A stretch of DNA of 64,000 nucleotides from Sulfolobales archaeon (GCA_038867615.1 JAWBYA010000003.1:128001-192000); one strand, 5' to 3'. Numbered from the stretch's first letter, positions 20,575 through 30,425 are shown. Notes: generated from the sequence alone by a model not told the origin. Translations and numbers: made by a program.

Positions 20575-21387
20575 TTATCTATGGATCGTTTGGGGGTTGA
20601 GGACACCATATCTGAGAGAATCGATAATCCTATATCCCCACCTGAGTTTTCTAAGCTTATTGATCGTCGAATAACCGTACTTGCTATATATTTTCTTCGA
20701 AAACGCTGTAGAGACCTCTGATAGTAGATCCATGCCTATAGTTATTATTCTGCGTGCTTCTAAAGAGAGAGCCAAGAGATAAGCCCTGTCACCATCTGTA
20801 AAGCCAGGTATTACTGTGACTGATGAGCATGGTGGCAGTGTCTGCACAGTTATGAGGATCCTTTTCCCCCACTTCCTAATAAGATCTATGTTTATAGCTA
20901 TATTGCGATAGTTATCGCCGTGGATGTGTAGAACTACATAGCCACCCATATTGTATACCCTATCTGCTGGCTCTATACCACCATCAAGATCTGTTACCGA
21001 AATAACCATGGCCTCTCCCTCTACAGGCGAGCAAGCCCCGTCTGCGCAGAAGACTACATCATCCTCTCTAAACCTGAGCTCTTTATTCAACAGGCTGGGA
21101 CCGGCGCCTAATACATAGACCTCCTTATCTTTAACAATACTTGCTAGCTCTTCTAGCACCTCTAAAGGTTCTCTTAGCCCTGCTGATCTTGCTATTAAAC
21201 ATGCTGTGAGAGAAGCATCCCACTCAACATTATAGTCTATCCCCATATCTGTTAGGACCATTCTATATAGATCAATGGCTCTCAACATGTCCCATCCACA
21301 AGTCGGAGTTATGCTTACATCTGGAAGCGATCCTGCTGGATTGTTGGTAAAAGATCCTGTTTCTGTCAAGGGGCTATTCCTCCTCAA
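20575..21387 (-). CDS. mptE: 6-hydroxymethylpterin diphosphokinase MptE-like (DUF115)
   Basis: GAGPSL, ADGA, VTDLDG, HIHGDN, GFTDGDRA; start uncertain. Confidence 0.82.
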   Translation of the reverse strand: MRRNSPLTETGSFTNNPAGSLPDVSITPTCGWDMLRAIDLYRMVLTDMGIDYNVEWDASLTACLIARSAGLREPLEVLEELASIVKDKEVYVLGAGPSLLNKELRFREDDVVFCADGACSPVEGEAMVISVTDLDGGIEPADRVYNMGGYVVLHIHGDNYRNIAINIDLIRKWGKRILITVQTLPPCSSVTVIPGFTDGDRAYLLALSLEARRIITIGMDLLSEVSTAFSKKIYSKYGYSTINKLRKLRWGYRIIDSLRYGVLNPQTIHR

Positions 21388-21763
21388 GTTTGTTTTTACT
21401 CTCTCTATAGTGTATCACCCTGATCCCTGAGTCTCTGGCGATTTTTCTCAGTTCTTTATCAATAGTAACTATATATGCTCCCAGTGCTGCTGCAAGTCTC
21501 AGTATATCGTGGTCGGCGCTCTCTTTCTCATGATCTTCAGAGATCGAGTATACATAGCATTTATCAAAGATCTTATTGATATAATCATCAAATATAGTTA
21601 GGCCTCTCCACATGGCCTTGAGGGAAAATATCTCCCTAATCACCGAGTCTGTGGTTACACAGCCCAGCATTTCGTTTAGATCCTCGTTGAGATGATCCAG
21701 AACGTCGAAGTTCTTATCAACCAGCAATAGGAAAGCACTAGTATCGATAACAGCTACACGCAT
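21374..21763 (-). CDS. PIN domain protein (Fcf1/Utp24-like)
   Basis: VIDTSAFL, SVIRE, ADHDIL, IVTIDKELRK. Confidence 0.8.
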   Translation of the reverse strand: MRVAVIDTSAFLLLVDKNFDVLDHLNEDLNEMLGCVTTDSVIREIFSLKAMWRGLTIFDDYINKIFDKCYVYSISEDHEKESADHDILRLAAALGAYIVTIDKELRKIARDSGIRVIHYRESKNKLEEE

Positions 21764-21834
21764 TAACAGCTTCTCCAGAGAATCAATGCGCAGCTCCTTA
21801 TAAGCTCTCTCCTATATTCTAAGTAGGTGATGCC

Positions 21835-22065
21835 TTGCCAGTATTTGTGAAGGATCTCGAGGAATTTAAAAAATATGCGGAAAAAGCTGTCGAGTGCAGG
21901 GTTGTGAGGGATAGGAAGAAAAATGTTGGTAAGATCAAGGCTAGGACGAAGAGATACCTCTACACACTTGTAGTCCCACTAGACAAGCTGGATGATATTA
22001 TTAAGAGTATTAAGTGCAGCAACATGGTTGAGATATCTAAAGGAGTTGAGGGCGAAAAAGAATGA
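21835..22065 (+). CDS. rpl38e: 50S ribosomal protein L38e
   Basis: KIKARTKRYLYTL motif; GGTGA SD. Confidence 0.9.
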   Translation: MPVFVKDLEEFKKYAEKAVECRVVRDRKKNVGKIKARTKRYLYTLVVPLDKLDDIIKSIKCSNMVEISKGVEGEKE

Positions 22066-22397
22066 CCAGGATCGTGAGGGTAATACTGGATACAGCGTCT
22101 TACCAGCCACAGCATAGATTCTTCCTAGACATAGCTAACTGGCTCTCCAAACTCCTCAACGTAGAGCTCAAGATCATAGAGGAGGACTATGTATTTGCAA
22201 ACCAGTATGGGGATAAGGATGATTTCGGCTTCGCATGGCTGCCCCAGCTATTCGTCGAACTAGAAGGCGGGGTAATATTACCGGTGCTAACTAAGCCACC
22301 ATTTAATCCCAATACACTAGAACTTGATCAGGAGGCATCAAAGAAAGAGATAATTAATAAGCTGATGGAGAGAGGTATAGAGATCCAGGGTACCTAG
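22062..22397 (+). CDS. Hypothetical protein, possible Cys-less thioredoxin-like fold
   Basis: ATGA overlap with rpl38e; EEDY...GDKDDFG...WLPQLF. Confidence 0.7.
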   Translation: MTRIVRVILDTASYQPQHRFFLDIANWLSKLLNVELKIIEEDYVFANQYGDKDDFGFAWLPQLFVELEGGVILPVLTKPPFNPNTLELDQEASKKEIINKLMERGIEIQGT

Positions 22398-22732
22398 TCC
22401 GGATCCTTACCCGCACTATATATCTCGAGGTATCTCTTGATCTTTCTAACTATAGCTTTACATAGGGAATCAAGTTCTTTGGCATAGGCTATCAGGCCAT
22501 GCGGATCATAGAGTATATCTGAACACATATCGCTATACAGATCAAGCGATATCTTAGCCGCAAAGACCCCTATATCGCTATATTCATATATAGCTATAGA
22601 GAAGATCCTGCCCTTATACTCTATATAGCCAGCCACACAGAGATCCTCACGGGATAGGGCTGCTCGTGATACCCCTTCACCAATAATGATAGATCTGCAT
22701 CTCGGTATATCGATCATCAATACCACATCCAT
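22394..22732 (-). CDS. Hypothetical protein
   Basis: 112-aa ORF downstream of arlJ; contains YDPHG. Confidence 0.55.
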   Translation of the reverse strand: MDVVLMIDIPRCRSIIIGEGVSRAALSREDLCVAGYIEYKGRIFSIAIYEYSDIGVFAAKISLDLYSDMCSDILYDPHGLIAYAKELDSLCKAIVRKIKRYLEIYSAGKDPD

Positions 22733-22783
22733 AGCCTTAGATTCCGTGAGGGAATATTTGTGAGTACACCTAGATACAAAGCC

Positions 22784-24265
22784 CTACGGGGTTACTGGGA
22801 TCTTGAGTTCTCCAAGCATGTTCTCTATTATAGCCATTAGCGTGTTGTTTGACACGGTATATACTATCCATCCTAGAGCCAGCATTATTCCTATATGATA
22901 TACTGCTCCTTTTATGCTCCCGGGATAGGAGGCCCTAGCAACTAACCCGTTAACTATTGCTACCGCTATTATTGTTATCATGTTTATGATAAAGACTGTT
23001 TCACTGCTTATCGGCGTTATGGATATTATCCTCTGTTCTGTGAGACCCAATATGTATGAGAATAGGGAGACGAGCGAGCTTATAAGACCAAGTATTGCTG
23101 ATACTAGGAGGTGGAGCATTAACAGGGTTGATTCGAAGGCCTTGGCGATTTGGATCCTCTTTTTTCTCAGATCATTTATAGAACTCATTATATCTCCCAG
23201 CATCTTACCAATACCCTTAACATCGCCTTGGTATAGGAATGTTTGGAGCATGACTTTTCCAGAGAACAGACAGATCCTCGACCCTATCTCGTCTAGCATC
23301 ATGTTCCAAGCCCTTTCAAGCTGGATCCTCAGTGATAGTCTTCTCTTAAGAAGCACTATGTTGGGCTCAAGAATCCCTAGCGAGCCCCTCATAATAACCT
23401 TTATCCCCTGCCCCATATCTGGAACGACACTCAGTATATGACCAAGGCTCCTGGTAAAGACCGGGAACATATCATCATATCTCATGAGTTTCGCCTCGAT
23501 CCTTAGTATCAATCTACCCATAAAGATCATTGGGAGTGATAGCATAAGTATTGGAAGGATCATCATGTATGGATATATAGTATAGGCTATAGTGAATAGC
23601 GAAAGCCCCAGTAGTATTGATAACAAGGCATATCTGTTGATAATCTTATCGTTTTTAGAACCACTTACAGCTATAGGATCCCTCGGCATCATGGTTATAA
23701 CCACTATGCCCAGCGCCACTAAAGATAATAGAAGACCTATGGTAGATATTATGGCTAGATGATCGCCACCGCCGAGCAGCATTGCTATGATCACTATATT
23801 AGATAGCATAAAGACAGAAGCGCTCATAAATGTTGAGAAGAGGCTGAAAAGAACCCTTGCAGCCTCGAAGATCTTGTCGAACTGGTTGACAAATGTTATT
23901 AGGGAGCTCTCTATCTCGTTCCTAAGGAAGAGTGCGAGGTCGGCGCCAGAGCCCACGATTTGTGACAGTCTTTCGAGAAAATCTTTGATAAAAGTCTTTC
24001 TAACCCTCTTTGAAGCTATAACGAGCGTGAATATTGTATCATAGCCCCACTTCCTAGTAAGTATGCTCACAAACCTAAGGATCTTTGAGATCTTCCTATA
24101 GATCTTCTCCTCCCTAGAGATGAGATCTATAGCCTCTTTCTTCTCAATACCCGAGCTTATAAGAGCATATAGATGCACCAGTAGAAAGAGATCCTCTGTA
24201 TCCATGCCAGCTCTAAAGACTCTAAGTATATCGAGCCTGGGCTTTAGCCTGGCTAACGCTAGCAT
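22784..24265 (-). CDS. arlJ: Archaellum platform membrane protein ArlJ/FlaJ
   Basis: KWGYD, FLERLSQ, DDMFPVFTRSLG, LRKKRIQ; two T2SSF-like repeats; follows arlI. Confidence 0.9.
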   Translation of the reverse strand: MLALARLKPRLDILRVFRAGMDTEDLFLLVHLYALISSGIEKKEAIDLISREEKIYRKISKILRFVSILTRKWGYDTIFTLVIASKRVRKTFIKDFLERLSQIVGSGADLALFLRNEIESSLITFVNQFDKIFEAARVLFSLFSTFMSASVFMLSNIVIIAMLLGGGDHLAIISTIGLLLSLVALGIVVITMMPRDPIAVSGSKNDKIINRYALLSILLGLSLFTIAYTIYPYMMILPILMLSLPMIFMGRLILRIEAKLMRYDDMFPVFTRSLGHILSVVPDMGQGIKVIMRGSLGILEPNIVLLKRRLSLRIQLERAWNMMLDEIGSRICLFSGKVMLQTFLYQGDVKGIGKMLGDIMSSINDLRKKRIQIAKAFESTLLMLHLLVSAILGLISSLVSLFSYILGLTEQRIISITPISSETVFIINMITIIAVAIVNGLVARASYPGSIKGAVYHIGIMLALGWIVYTVSNNTLMAIIENMLGELKIPVTP

Positions 24266-26957
24266 TAACCTTCACCCCTTCTATAAAGCTGAGATCTCCT
24301 TCCTCGAGTCTTCTAACAAGATCCTCTAGAGGCTGGGTATAGGTGGCTCTGATAGCCTTCCACACATTCCAGTAGCTGGTCACTTTGTTCTTTGCTAGAA
24401 GGTCTAGAAAACGTGCTCTTAACGCTAGCTCGTCATAGATTCTTTTTATCTGGCTCCTAGGAATACCCCTTCTCAGGGCTATTTTGTACTCGAGTATGAA
24501 TGAGGAGCCTCTTCCAGCATATATATGTATATCTCTACCAGGATCCCATATGAATGCTGGAAGATAGGCGATCCCTCCCCTGCTAGGATCGTATCCTATT
24601 ATCTCGTCAACCTCTATAACCCTTCTCATCAGCCTTCCTCTCTTATCATATACGGCGCTCTGGAACACTGCTATGTTCAGGTTATCAAGATAGCTTGGAG
24701 GAACCTCTATAGGGCTTCCAGTAAGCCTCTGGACAAGCCTCTGGAGATTCGCCGCATGAAAGGTACTCATAACACCATGCCCAGTGTTGTGGAGCAGTAT
24801 GGGTCTAGAACCTCCTAGGAATGTTTCTTCCCCTGGTACGGAGAGATCATATACGTAGCCGTCATAGTCTATCTCTTCTATCGATGCGATGCTAACGGCG
24901 CTCACACCTCTTACCAGCCTTACCAGGCCATCGCTGGGATCACCGTCTACCAAACCCTCCGGATCCTCTAACCCGTGGATCCTCTTGAGCCAGCCGGCGA
25001 TATCTTCAAGCGATACACCTCTAGCAGTAATCCAGTTACATCTCCTTCCACATAGATCTTCTATCGCGTTGACAAGACCAAACGCATAAGATCTAGAATA
25101 CAGGATGTCGGGAGGTAGCAGGCCCTCGGCGCATTTGATGATATTAGCCATCTTTAAATCTCTGGATAAAGGCTTCTGAATCATGGTTGGTTGTAGGTCG
25201 GGAATCGATTTTCCATCAAAGATCCGCAATAGTTTTTTCAAAATCTCCGGAAAACCTCTCAAACCTTTATTAAGTCTCTCCCTGAACCTCGGCTTATACC
25301 TCTCTTCCCTATCCTCCGCGTTGCATAGCATGAGGGCCAGACCGCACATATACCCAGGGGCTTCAGCGTTTCCTAAAGACTCATTATCATCTCCTGTGGA
25401 GAGCGATGCTGTTAGCAGCCAGTCGCCTTTATATAGTTCTGCTGGTTTAGCCTCATAGACACCTACCAGGGGGTTATAGGCCATGAGGGAGTGGGAGCCT
25501 GTCACATCGACGTAGCTTCCATCAGATAGTCTGATCCTATAGAGCTTCCCTCTATACCTATGCCTGATAACACTACCCACTTCCGCAAAGCCAACCCTAA
25601 GGCTTCTCGTTATCGTGAGCACCTCTAACCCTGTAACCCTTTTGACGCCTTCCTCACCGTCTTTGAAGAAGCTATCGACAAGATCCCCTATAGCCCTGAT
25701 CTCAACACCTCCATTGTGTCTGACCATAACAGGTGTATGCCAGGAGACGCTCTGCATAGCCTGGAAGGCTATGTTGCCCTCTCTACCCCTTATCTCTCCA
25801 ACTATGATGTAGTTCGGCCTTTGCCTGAGTGCTGCTCTCAGAAGATCGAACATAGATACGCTTGACTCCTGAGATCCCGTATCCCTTGTCAGCTCTCTAA
25901 CCCAGTTCTCGTGGGGTAGGTTAACCTCGGCGGTATCCTCTATAGATATTATCTTATACTCTGGAGGTATAAATGCAGCTATAGCGTTAAGCGTGGTTGT
26001 TTTACCAGAGGCCGTCTCACCGCATATGAATACATTCATCTGCTCCCTTAACGCCATCCATAGGTATGCAGCGATCTCTGGGCTCAGGGTACCCCATCTA
26101 ATCAGCTGTGTCACGCTTGCAGGCTCCCTAGCAAACTTCCTTATAGTGAAGTTACTTCCCCTGAGAGATACGTCTTCCCCATATACTATATTGATCCTCG
26201 AGCCGTCGGGGAGGACGGCGTCAACGATAGGCCTTGCTCTAGACACAGGCTTTCCTATTCTTTCAGAAAGCCTTATTATGAATCTGTTTAGCTCTTCGCT
26301 ATCCTTAAAACATATATTGGTCTCTGACGGACCGAAGATCTTGTGGACTATATATATACACCCAGCCCCTGGGCATGAGATATCCTCGATATACGGATCA
26401 CGTAGGAGGGGTTCTAACAGGCTTACACCGATCTTCTCTCTGAGCATGTAATACCTTATATACTCAAGATCTTTAACCGAGACCTCAACCCTTCCCTTCC
26501 TGACCCTATAGAAACCCCTCTCTCTGTTAACAGGGATCAGGATCTTATCTAGTATCTTATTTATCAGAGCTTTCTTCTCCTCAGGATCTTCGGGGGGTTC
26601 GTAGTTACCGCTCTCGATGGCAAAAGCCTCTTCAACAGCCTCGATAAGCTGTTTAGACGGCACCTCAGGCTCGATTGCGTAGTATTTTCTCTGGTGTGCG
26701 GATGGCGAGCTCTTACTATCGAGAGAGAATGCGTGGATGAATATAGGATCACCTACGGGGTAGATTACGTTGAATCTATCAGCATACTTAAGCTCGTCAC
26801 CAAGAACCTCTGTAAATGTTGGTATTTCTTTCTTCTCCATCGCTATTTTTGCTAGATAGTCGACGAGATGCGGATTTCGCTGGAGAATCTCTTTTTTATA
26901 CCCTTTAGCGATCAATATCTTCTCTAACTCAATTTCTCCCCTACCACGCATACTCAT
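24222..26957 (-). CDS. arlI: Archaellum motor ATPase ArlI/FlaI, intein-containing precursor (about 589 aa after splicing)
   Basis: NPHL, IYPVGDPIFIH, DPYIEDISC, GETASGKTT, ALRQRPNYIIVGEIRG, TGH...STFHA. Confidence 0.95.
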   Translation of the reverse strand: MSMRGRGEIELEKILIAKGYKKEILQRNPHLVDYLAKIAMEKKEIPTFTEVLGDELKYADRFNVIYPVGDPIFIHAFSLDSKSSPSAHQRKYYAIEPEVPSKQLIEAVEEAFAIESGNYEPPEDPEEKKALINKILDKILIPVNRERGFYRVRKGRVEVSVKDLEYIRYYMLREKIGVSLLEPLLRDPYIEDISCPGAGCIYIVHKIFGPSETNICFKDSEELNRFIIRLSERIGKPVSRARPIVDAVLPDGSRINIVYGEDVSLRGSNFTIRKFAREPASVTQLIRWGTLSPEIAAYLWMALREQMNVFICGETASGKTTTLNAIAAFIPPEYKIISIEDTAEVNLPHENWVRELTRDTGSQESSVSMFDLLRAALRQRPNYIIVGEIRGREGNIAFQAMQSVSWHTPVMVRHNGGVEIRAIGDLVDSFFKDGEEGVKRVTGLEVLTITRSLRVGFAEVGSVIRHRYRGKLYRIRLSDGSYVDVTGSHSLMAYNPLVGVYEAKPAELYKGDWLLTASLSTGDDNESLGNAEAPGYMCGLALMLCNAEDREERYKPRFRERLNKGLRGFPEILKKLLRIFDGKSIPDLQPTMIQKPLSRDLKMANIIKCAEGLLPPDILYSRSYAFGLVNAIEDLCGRRCNWITARGVSLEDIAGWLKRIHGLEDPEGLVDGDPSDGLVRLVRGVSAVSIASIEEIDYDGYVYDLSVPGEETFLGGSRPILLHNTGHGVMSTFHAANLQRLVQRLTGSPIEVPPSYLDNLNIAVFQSAVYDKRGRLMRRVIEVDEIIGYDPSRGGIAYLPAFIWDPGRDIHIYAGRGSSFILEYKIALRRGIPRSQIKRIYDELALRARFLDLLAKNKVTSYWNVWKAIRATYTQPLEDLVRRLEEGDLSFIEGVKVNASVSQAKAQARYT
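24786..25751 (-). mobile_element. Intein (322 aa, precursor residues 403-724) with degenerate endonuclease region
   Basis: AFQAMQ|SVSWHTPV (block A), VTGSHSL (block B), YVYDLSV...F (block F), LLHN|TGH (block G); removing it restores AFQAMQTGH. Confidence 0.93.
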
Positions 26958-27071
26958 AGATCACCACCCTTAGGCATGGATCTATCTTAGACAAAACGGG
27001 GAAGGAGGCCTTAATGGGGGGTCTTGTTATGGTCGTGCCGGTATCTATTATTGATACGCACAACATGGTGA

Positions 27072-27806
27072 TCACATCGTTGAGAGGGATATTGGTACGA
27101 CTCTAAAGCCTATTGAGGGATCTATATCGAATACTATAGAGGATTCTGCCGGGGATGTTATCCCATAGATCTTTTTCACACCTATAGTTTTATAAACCCT
27201 ACCGCCGAAGTTGATTAGATCTAGGTATAGATATATATCAGATACGGCTCTTAGTCTAAGGCTCATAGATTCATCCAGAGATCCCGGATGTATCGTTACA
27301 ACCATTGTTTTTCCAAGGCTTGTCTCGTTCCTAAGGAATGTGAGGAAGTCGAGCAATGTGTCTTTAGACGAGTATGTAACAAGTATCGATAGCGAGTCTA
27401 TAACCATGGCGTCATATCTATCCGCAAAACCTGAGAAGAACTTAGAAATGATCCTTAGGGATCTTCTTCCCAGCTTCTCATCCCACTCGGCGCCGGCTAT
27501 GTGGACAGAGTATATCATGAGCAGGCCTTTTATAAACGAGCTTCTGATGTTCTTGAACCCCGCTAGGTATGCCTTCTCAATCAGTTCTTTCACCGTTGTT
27601 TCAGTTGTTATATATAGAACCCTGAGCCCGTGGGTGAGAAGCGTTGATGTAACTAAGAAGCTGAGCACAGTCTTGCCTGTCCCATGGGAGCCCTCCATAA
27701 GTATTAATGATGGTACTGGGATTCCACCTCCAAGCTTGACATCCAGCTCTTCGATCCCTGTTGGGAGGAGTTTTTGTTTAGTCTGGATACCGGGCTTGAC
27801 ATCCAT
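27072..27806 (-). CDS. arlH: ArlH/FlaH KaiC/RecA-like ATPase
   Basis: ELDVKLGGGIP, GSHGTGKT, IDSLS, TIHP, FDIDPSIG. Confidence 0.92.
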   Translation of the reverse strand: MDVKPGIQTKQKLLPTGIEELDVKLGGGIPVPSLILMEGSHGTGKTVLSFLVTSTLLTHGLRVLYITTETTVKELIEKAYLAGFKNIRSSFIKGLLMIYSVHIAGAEWDEKLGRRSLRIISKFFSGFADRYDAMVIDSLSILVTYSSKDTLLDFLTFLRNETSLGKTMVVTIHPGSLDESMSLRLRAVSDIYLYLDLINFGGRVYKTIGVKKIYGITSPAESSIVFDIDPSIGFRVVPISLSTM

Positions 27807-27810
27807 ACTC

Positions 27811-28299
27811 CTAACCCCCTGTGGAAACACATATACCCCCGTTCTGTGTTGAAAAGATCACTTTGAATGAGTAGACCTTGTTGGGATCTATGCTATCCAG
27901 TGTGTAGTTTATTGATAACACTTCTCCGGGATCCACGATCCCTGGGTTGATCTTGTCATTATATATTGCTTTCTGAAGATCTGATATTCTGCTTAGGCTC
28001 AGTATCTTTGACCCATCTGTCAGCAGTATTTCTAAGACCACATGGCTCTTATTATAGTCCCACCATCCTATGGATCCCGTGTTACTTATGTTAGCATTTA
28101 TTGTAATACTACTACCAGAGGCTAAAAGCCTTACCCCAGTTATAGAGCATAGATCATTGTTATAGAGGCTAGAGAGTCTCAGAGGATCTCTAGAGACCCA
28201 TGCAATTAGATCTATTGCTGTATGCGTGATCACAACAAACACCTGGATCACTGCTAATAGCATGAGACCCGAGGCGATAGCGTTTGAGAGACCCATCAT
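27811..28299 (-). CDS. arlF: ArlF/FlaF
   Basis: MGLS plus hydrophobic N-terminus, NISNTGS, INPGIVDPGE; GGAGGTGA SD; position in operon. Confidence 0.8.
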   Translation of the reverse strand: MMGLSNAIASGLMLLAVIQVFVVITHTAIDLIAWVSRDPLRLSSLYNNDLCSITGVRLLASGSSITINANISNTGSIGWWDYNKSHVVLEILLTDGSKILSLSRISDLQKAIYNDKINPGIVDPGEVLSINYTLDSIDPNKVYSFKVIFSTQNGGICVSTGG

Positions 28300-28307
28300 A
28301 TCACCTC

Positions 28308-28766
28308 CTAGAAAGAGCATACAGAGTATTCGGAGACACCGTTGGGGTAGACGATCCTTACTGATACGATGTTTGTTTGTAGAGGGTTTGGTAGTGTTAT
28401 GTTTATAACACCTATACTGCCTTGGGGTAGAACCTGGCCTCCTCCTTGGATCAGGATCGCTGATGAGCCGCCTAATAGCCAGAGGGGCGCTTCAGAGCCT
28501 GGAGCTCCTATAAGGATATCAACACTGCTTAGGTTTACGGGTACTATACCTGTGTTCTTAACATATACTACATAGTTTGTCGAGCTGTTGCATGCCAGGT
28601 ATACGAGTTTAAGCCTTATCTGGGCGTTATTCTTCTCAATAGAAGAGATCTGGGAGAATAGAGAGTCCATCAAATATACCTTGGATAGAACAGCAGCTGA
28701 TAGAACTGCTGCTATTGTTACTGATGCTACCAGAAGTATTCCCTCAGTAATCGGCGTGCTTACCAT
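28308..28766 (-). CDS. arlG: ArlG/FlaG
   Basis: STPITEGILLVASVTIAA, YVKNTG; position in operon. Confidence 0.85.
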   Translation of the reverse strand: MVSTPITEGILLVASVTIAAVLSAAVLSKVYLMDSLFSQISSIEKNNAQIRLKLVYLACNSSTNYVVYVKNTGIVPVNLSSVDILIGAPGSEAPLWLLGGSSAILIQGGGQVLPQGSIGVINITLPNPLQTNIVSVRIVYPNGVSEYSVCSF

Positions 28767-28769
28767 GCC

Positions 28770-29936
28770 TCACCCCTCAGAGAGAGCCATTGCCAAGAAC
28801 TCAGCCTCCCTGTCAGAAACTCCGACAGATTTAGCAAGCTTGTGGAGTGTTAATGCAAGCCTCTTGGGAGGGATCTTTGTTCTCTCTATAAGCGATACGA
28901 CCTTCGCAACTATATCCATAGACTCTTTGGGAATCACGCCTGACGAGACGCCTAGTTCCACTATACCTAAGAGACCGTCTCTGCCTAATATTGATAGGTT
29001 GTCTCCGATAAATATGATCATTCTCATAAGCTTTGAAACACTCATCCTTTTAGAAAATATCTCAGCAAGTTCTTTGCTAAAATTATCGATATCAATGCTT
29101 TCAATACTCACCTCATCCATGTTCTGGCCGTTACTGTTATGTTCAACAATTTTGCCGGGTTCTTTGATAGGGTTCTTCTTAACCTCTATGTATTGGGTGG
29201 ATTGTTTCTTTCTATCTCCTCCATTAACCCCTGCTCCCTGGTCTGGGTTTAATCCTAGTTCCTCTATCTCCTCATCTGTTACAAATCTCCTCATATAGTT
29301 AAGGGGGTTGGAGATTTCTGAGAGAAGACTTCTTATATCGATCATAGCATTCTCAACAGCGCTTTTCATCTCTTCCAACTCTTTCTTAACGCTTATGATC
29401 TCCTGCGAAAAGCCATCGATCTTTGATATAAGGTCTGTAGTAGCCTTAGTCACCTCTTCTCTGATCACACCTTCTATATCGATCTTTGTGTTGCTAGCTG
29501 CTTGTGTTTTTGGTTCCTCTACAGCTTGTGTCTGTTCTATGGGTTCTTTTTTCTGATCACTGATGGGAACGGTTTCAACCTTTATTTCTTTGTCGATTTT
29601 TTCTGTGGGCTGTTTTGTTTCACTCTGCTCCTCTATATTTATAATATTTATATTATCTTTGATGCTGTCTATATCTATTTTCTCTGTTTTCTCAGATCCA
29701 AGCCTTATTCTATTGCCCCTAATGTTGAACAGATATAGCAGGAGCATTGCTAGCGGTGTTGCTGATGCTATTAATATAATTAATAAATAATTACTCCTGT
29801 CACTATCTACAACTATTAAACCCCAGTTACTGATCACAACAAAGGCTAAGGCTATGGATGAAATGAGCAAAACAGCAACCCCGGTTGCTGTGTATATGTC
29901 AATGCTAAGTCTAGCTCTAAAGCCCAGCAAAATCAC
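28770..29936 (-). CDS. Archaellum accessory membrane protein in the ArlX position, with coiled coil and ArlC/ArlDE-like segments
   Basis: Two N-terminal TM helices, charged linker, coiled coil ending DIRSLLSEISNP; first gene of the arl operon; start may be TTG 29930. Confidence 0.7.
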   Translation of the reverse strand: MILLGFRARLSIDIYTATGVAVLLISSIALAFVVISNWGLIVVDSDRSNYLLIILIASATPLAMLLLYLFNIRGNRIRLGSEKTEKIDIDSIKDNINIINIEEQSETKQPTEKIDKEIKVETVPISDQKKEPIEQTQAVEEPKTQAASNTKIDIEGVIREEVTKATTDLISKIDGFSQEIISVKKELEEMKSAVENAMIDIRSLLSEISNPLNYMRRFVTDEEIEELGLNPDQGAGVNGGDRKKQSTQYIEVKKNPIKEPGKIVEHNSNGQNMDEVSIESIDIDNFSKELAEIFSKRMSVSKLMRMIIFIGDNLSILGRDGLLGIVELGVSSGVIPKESMDIVAKVVSLIERTKIPPKRLALTLHKLAKSVGVSDREAEFLAMALSEG

Positions 29937-29949
29937 CCTGGATAGTTTT

Positions 29950-29964
29950 TCTATATAACCCCCA
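29950..29964 (-). promoter_or_regulatory. Probable TATA box for a leaderless arlX-operon transcript
   Basis: TTATATA on the minus strand (29958-29952), 22 nt upstream of TTG 29930. Confidence 0.45.
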
Positions 29965-30231
29965 GCCCAGGGGATAGGGGTATTGGTGAAGCAAGTGATC
30001 TTGGTAAGCGAGAGGTCCTAGTACTCCTATGTACAAATATGCTAAGGTCCAGAAAACCCGAGGGAATATAGGCTGTGAAGAGAGGTTATGATGGATATCT
30101 GTAAGATGGCTAGCGAGTATAAGAGCTCTCAATGTGGTCTCAACACATAGTAGGAGGTTCTGTTTCACTCTTATCAATCCAGAATCCCTCCCACTTATTC
30201 AACAATATCATAATATCTCATTTCACCCCCT

Positions 30232-30265
30232 GCGACGTTAGGTCTACGTATCGACTATCCGTCGA
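30232..30265. promoter_or_regulatory. Tandem inverted-repeat boxes GCGAC-N5-GTCTA and TCGAC-N5-GTCGA (candidate ArnR sites)
   Basis: Seen at 30232-30246 and 30251-30265. Confidence 0.5.
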
Positions 30266-30410
30266 ACTGTGAGGATCTTCTGCTAGCTACGCGGGTAATA
30301 AAGTTTGATACTAATAGATCATTAGTAGTTAGTGTCGCCTTGTTGCTCTTCAGAGAACCTGGCTAGATCATATTTAACACGCTATAGATGTATGGTAATA
30401 CTACGCATTC

Positions 30411-30425
30411 TCGACACCCGGTCGA
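30411..30425. promoter_or_regulatory. TCGAC-N5-GTCGA box (candidate ArnR site)
   Basis: tcgac-acccg-gtcga, just upstream of ATG 30437. Confidence 0.5.

Noticed and set aside
29917-30177. 86-aa ORF in the arlB slot as a possible archaellin
   Set aside because: No class III signal peptide or hydrophobic archaellin N-terminus
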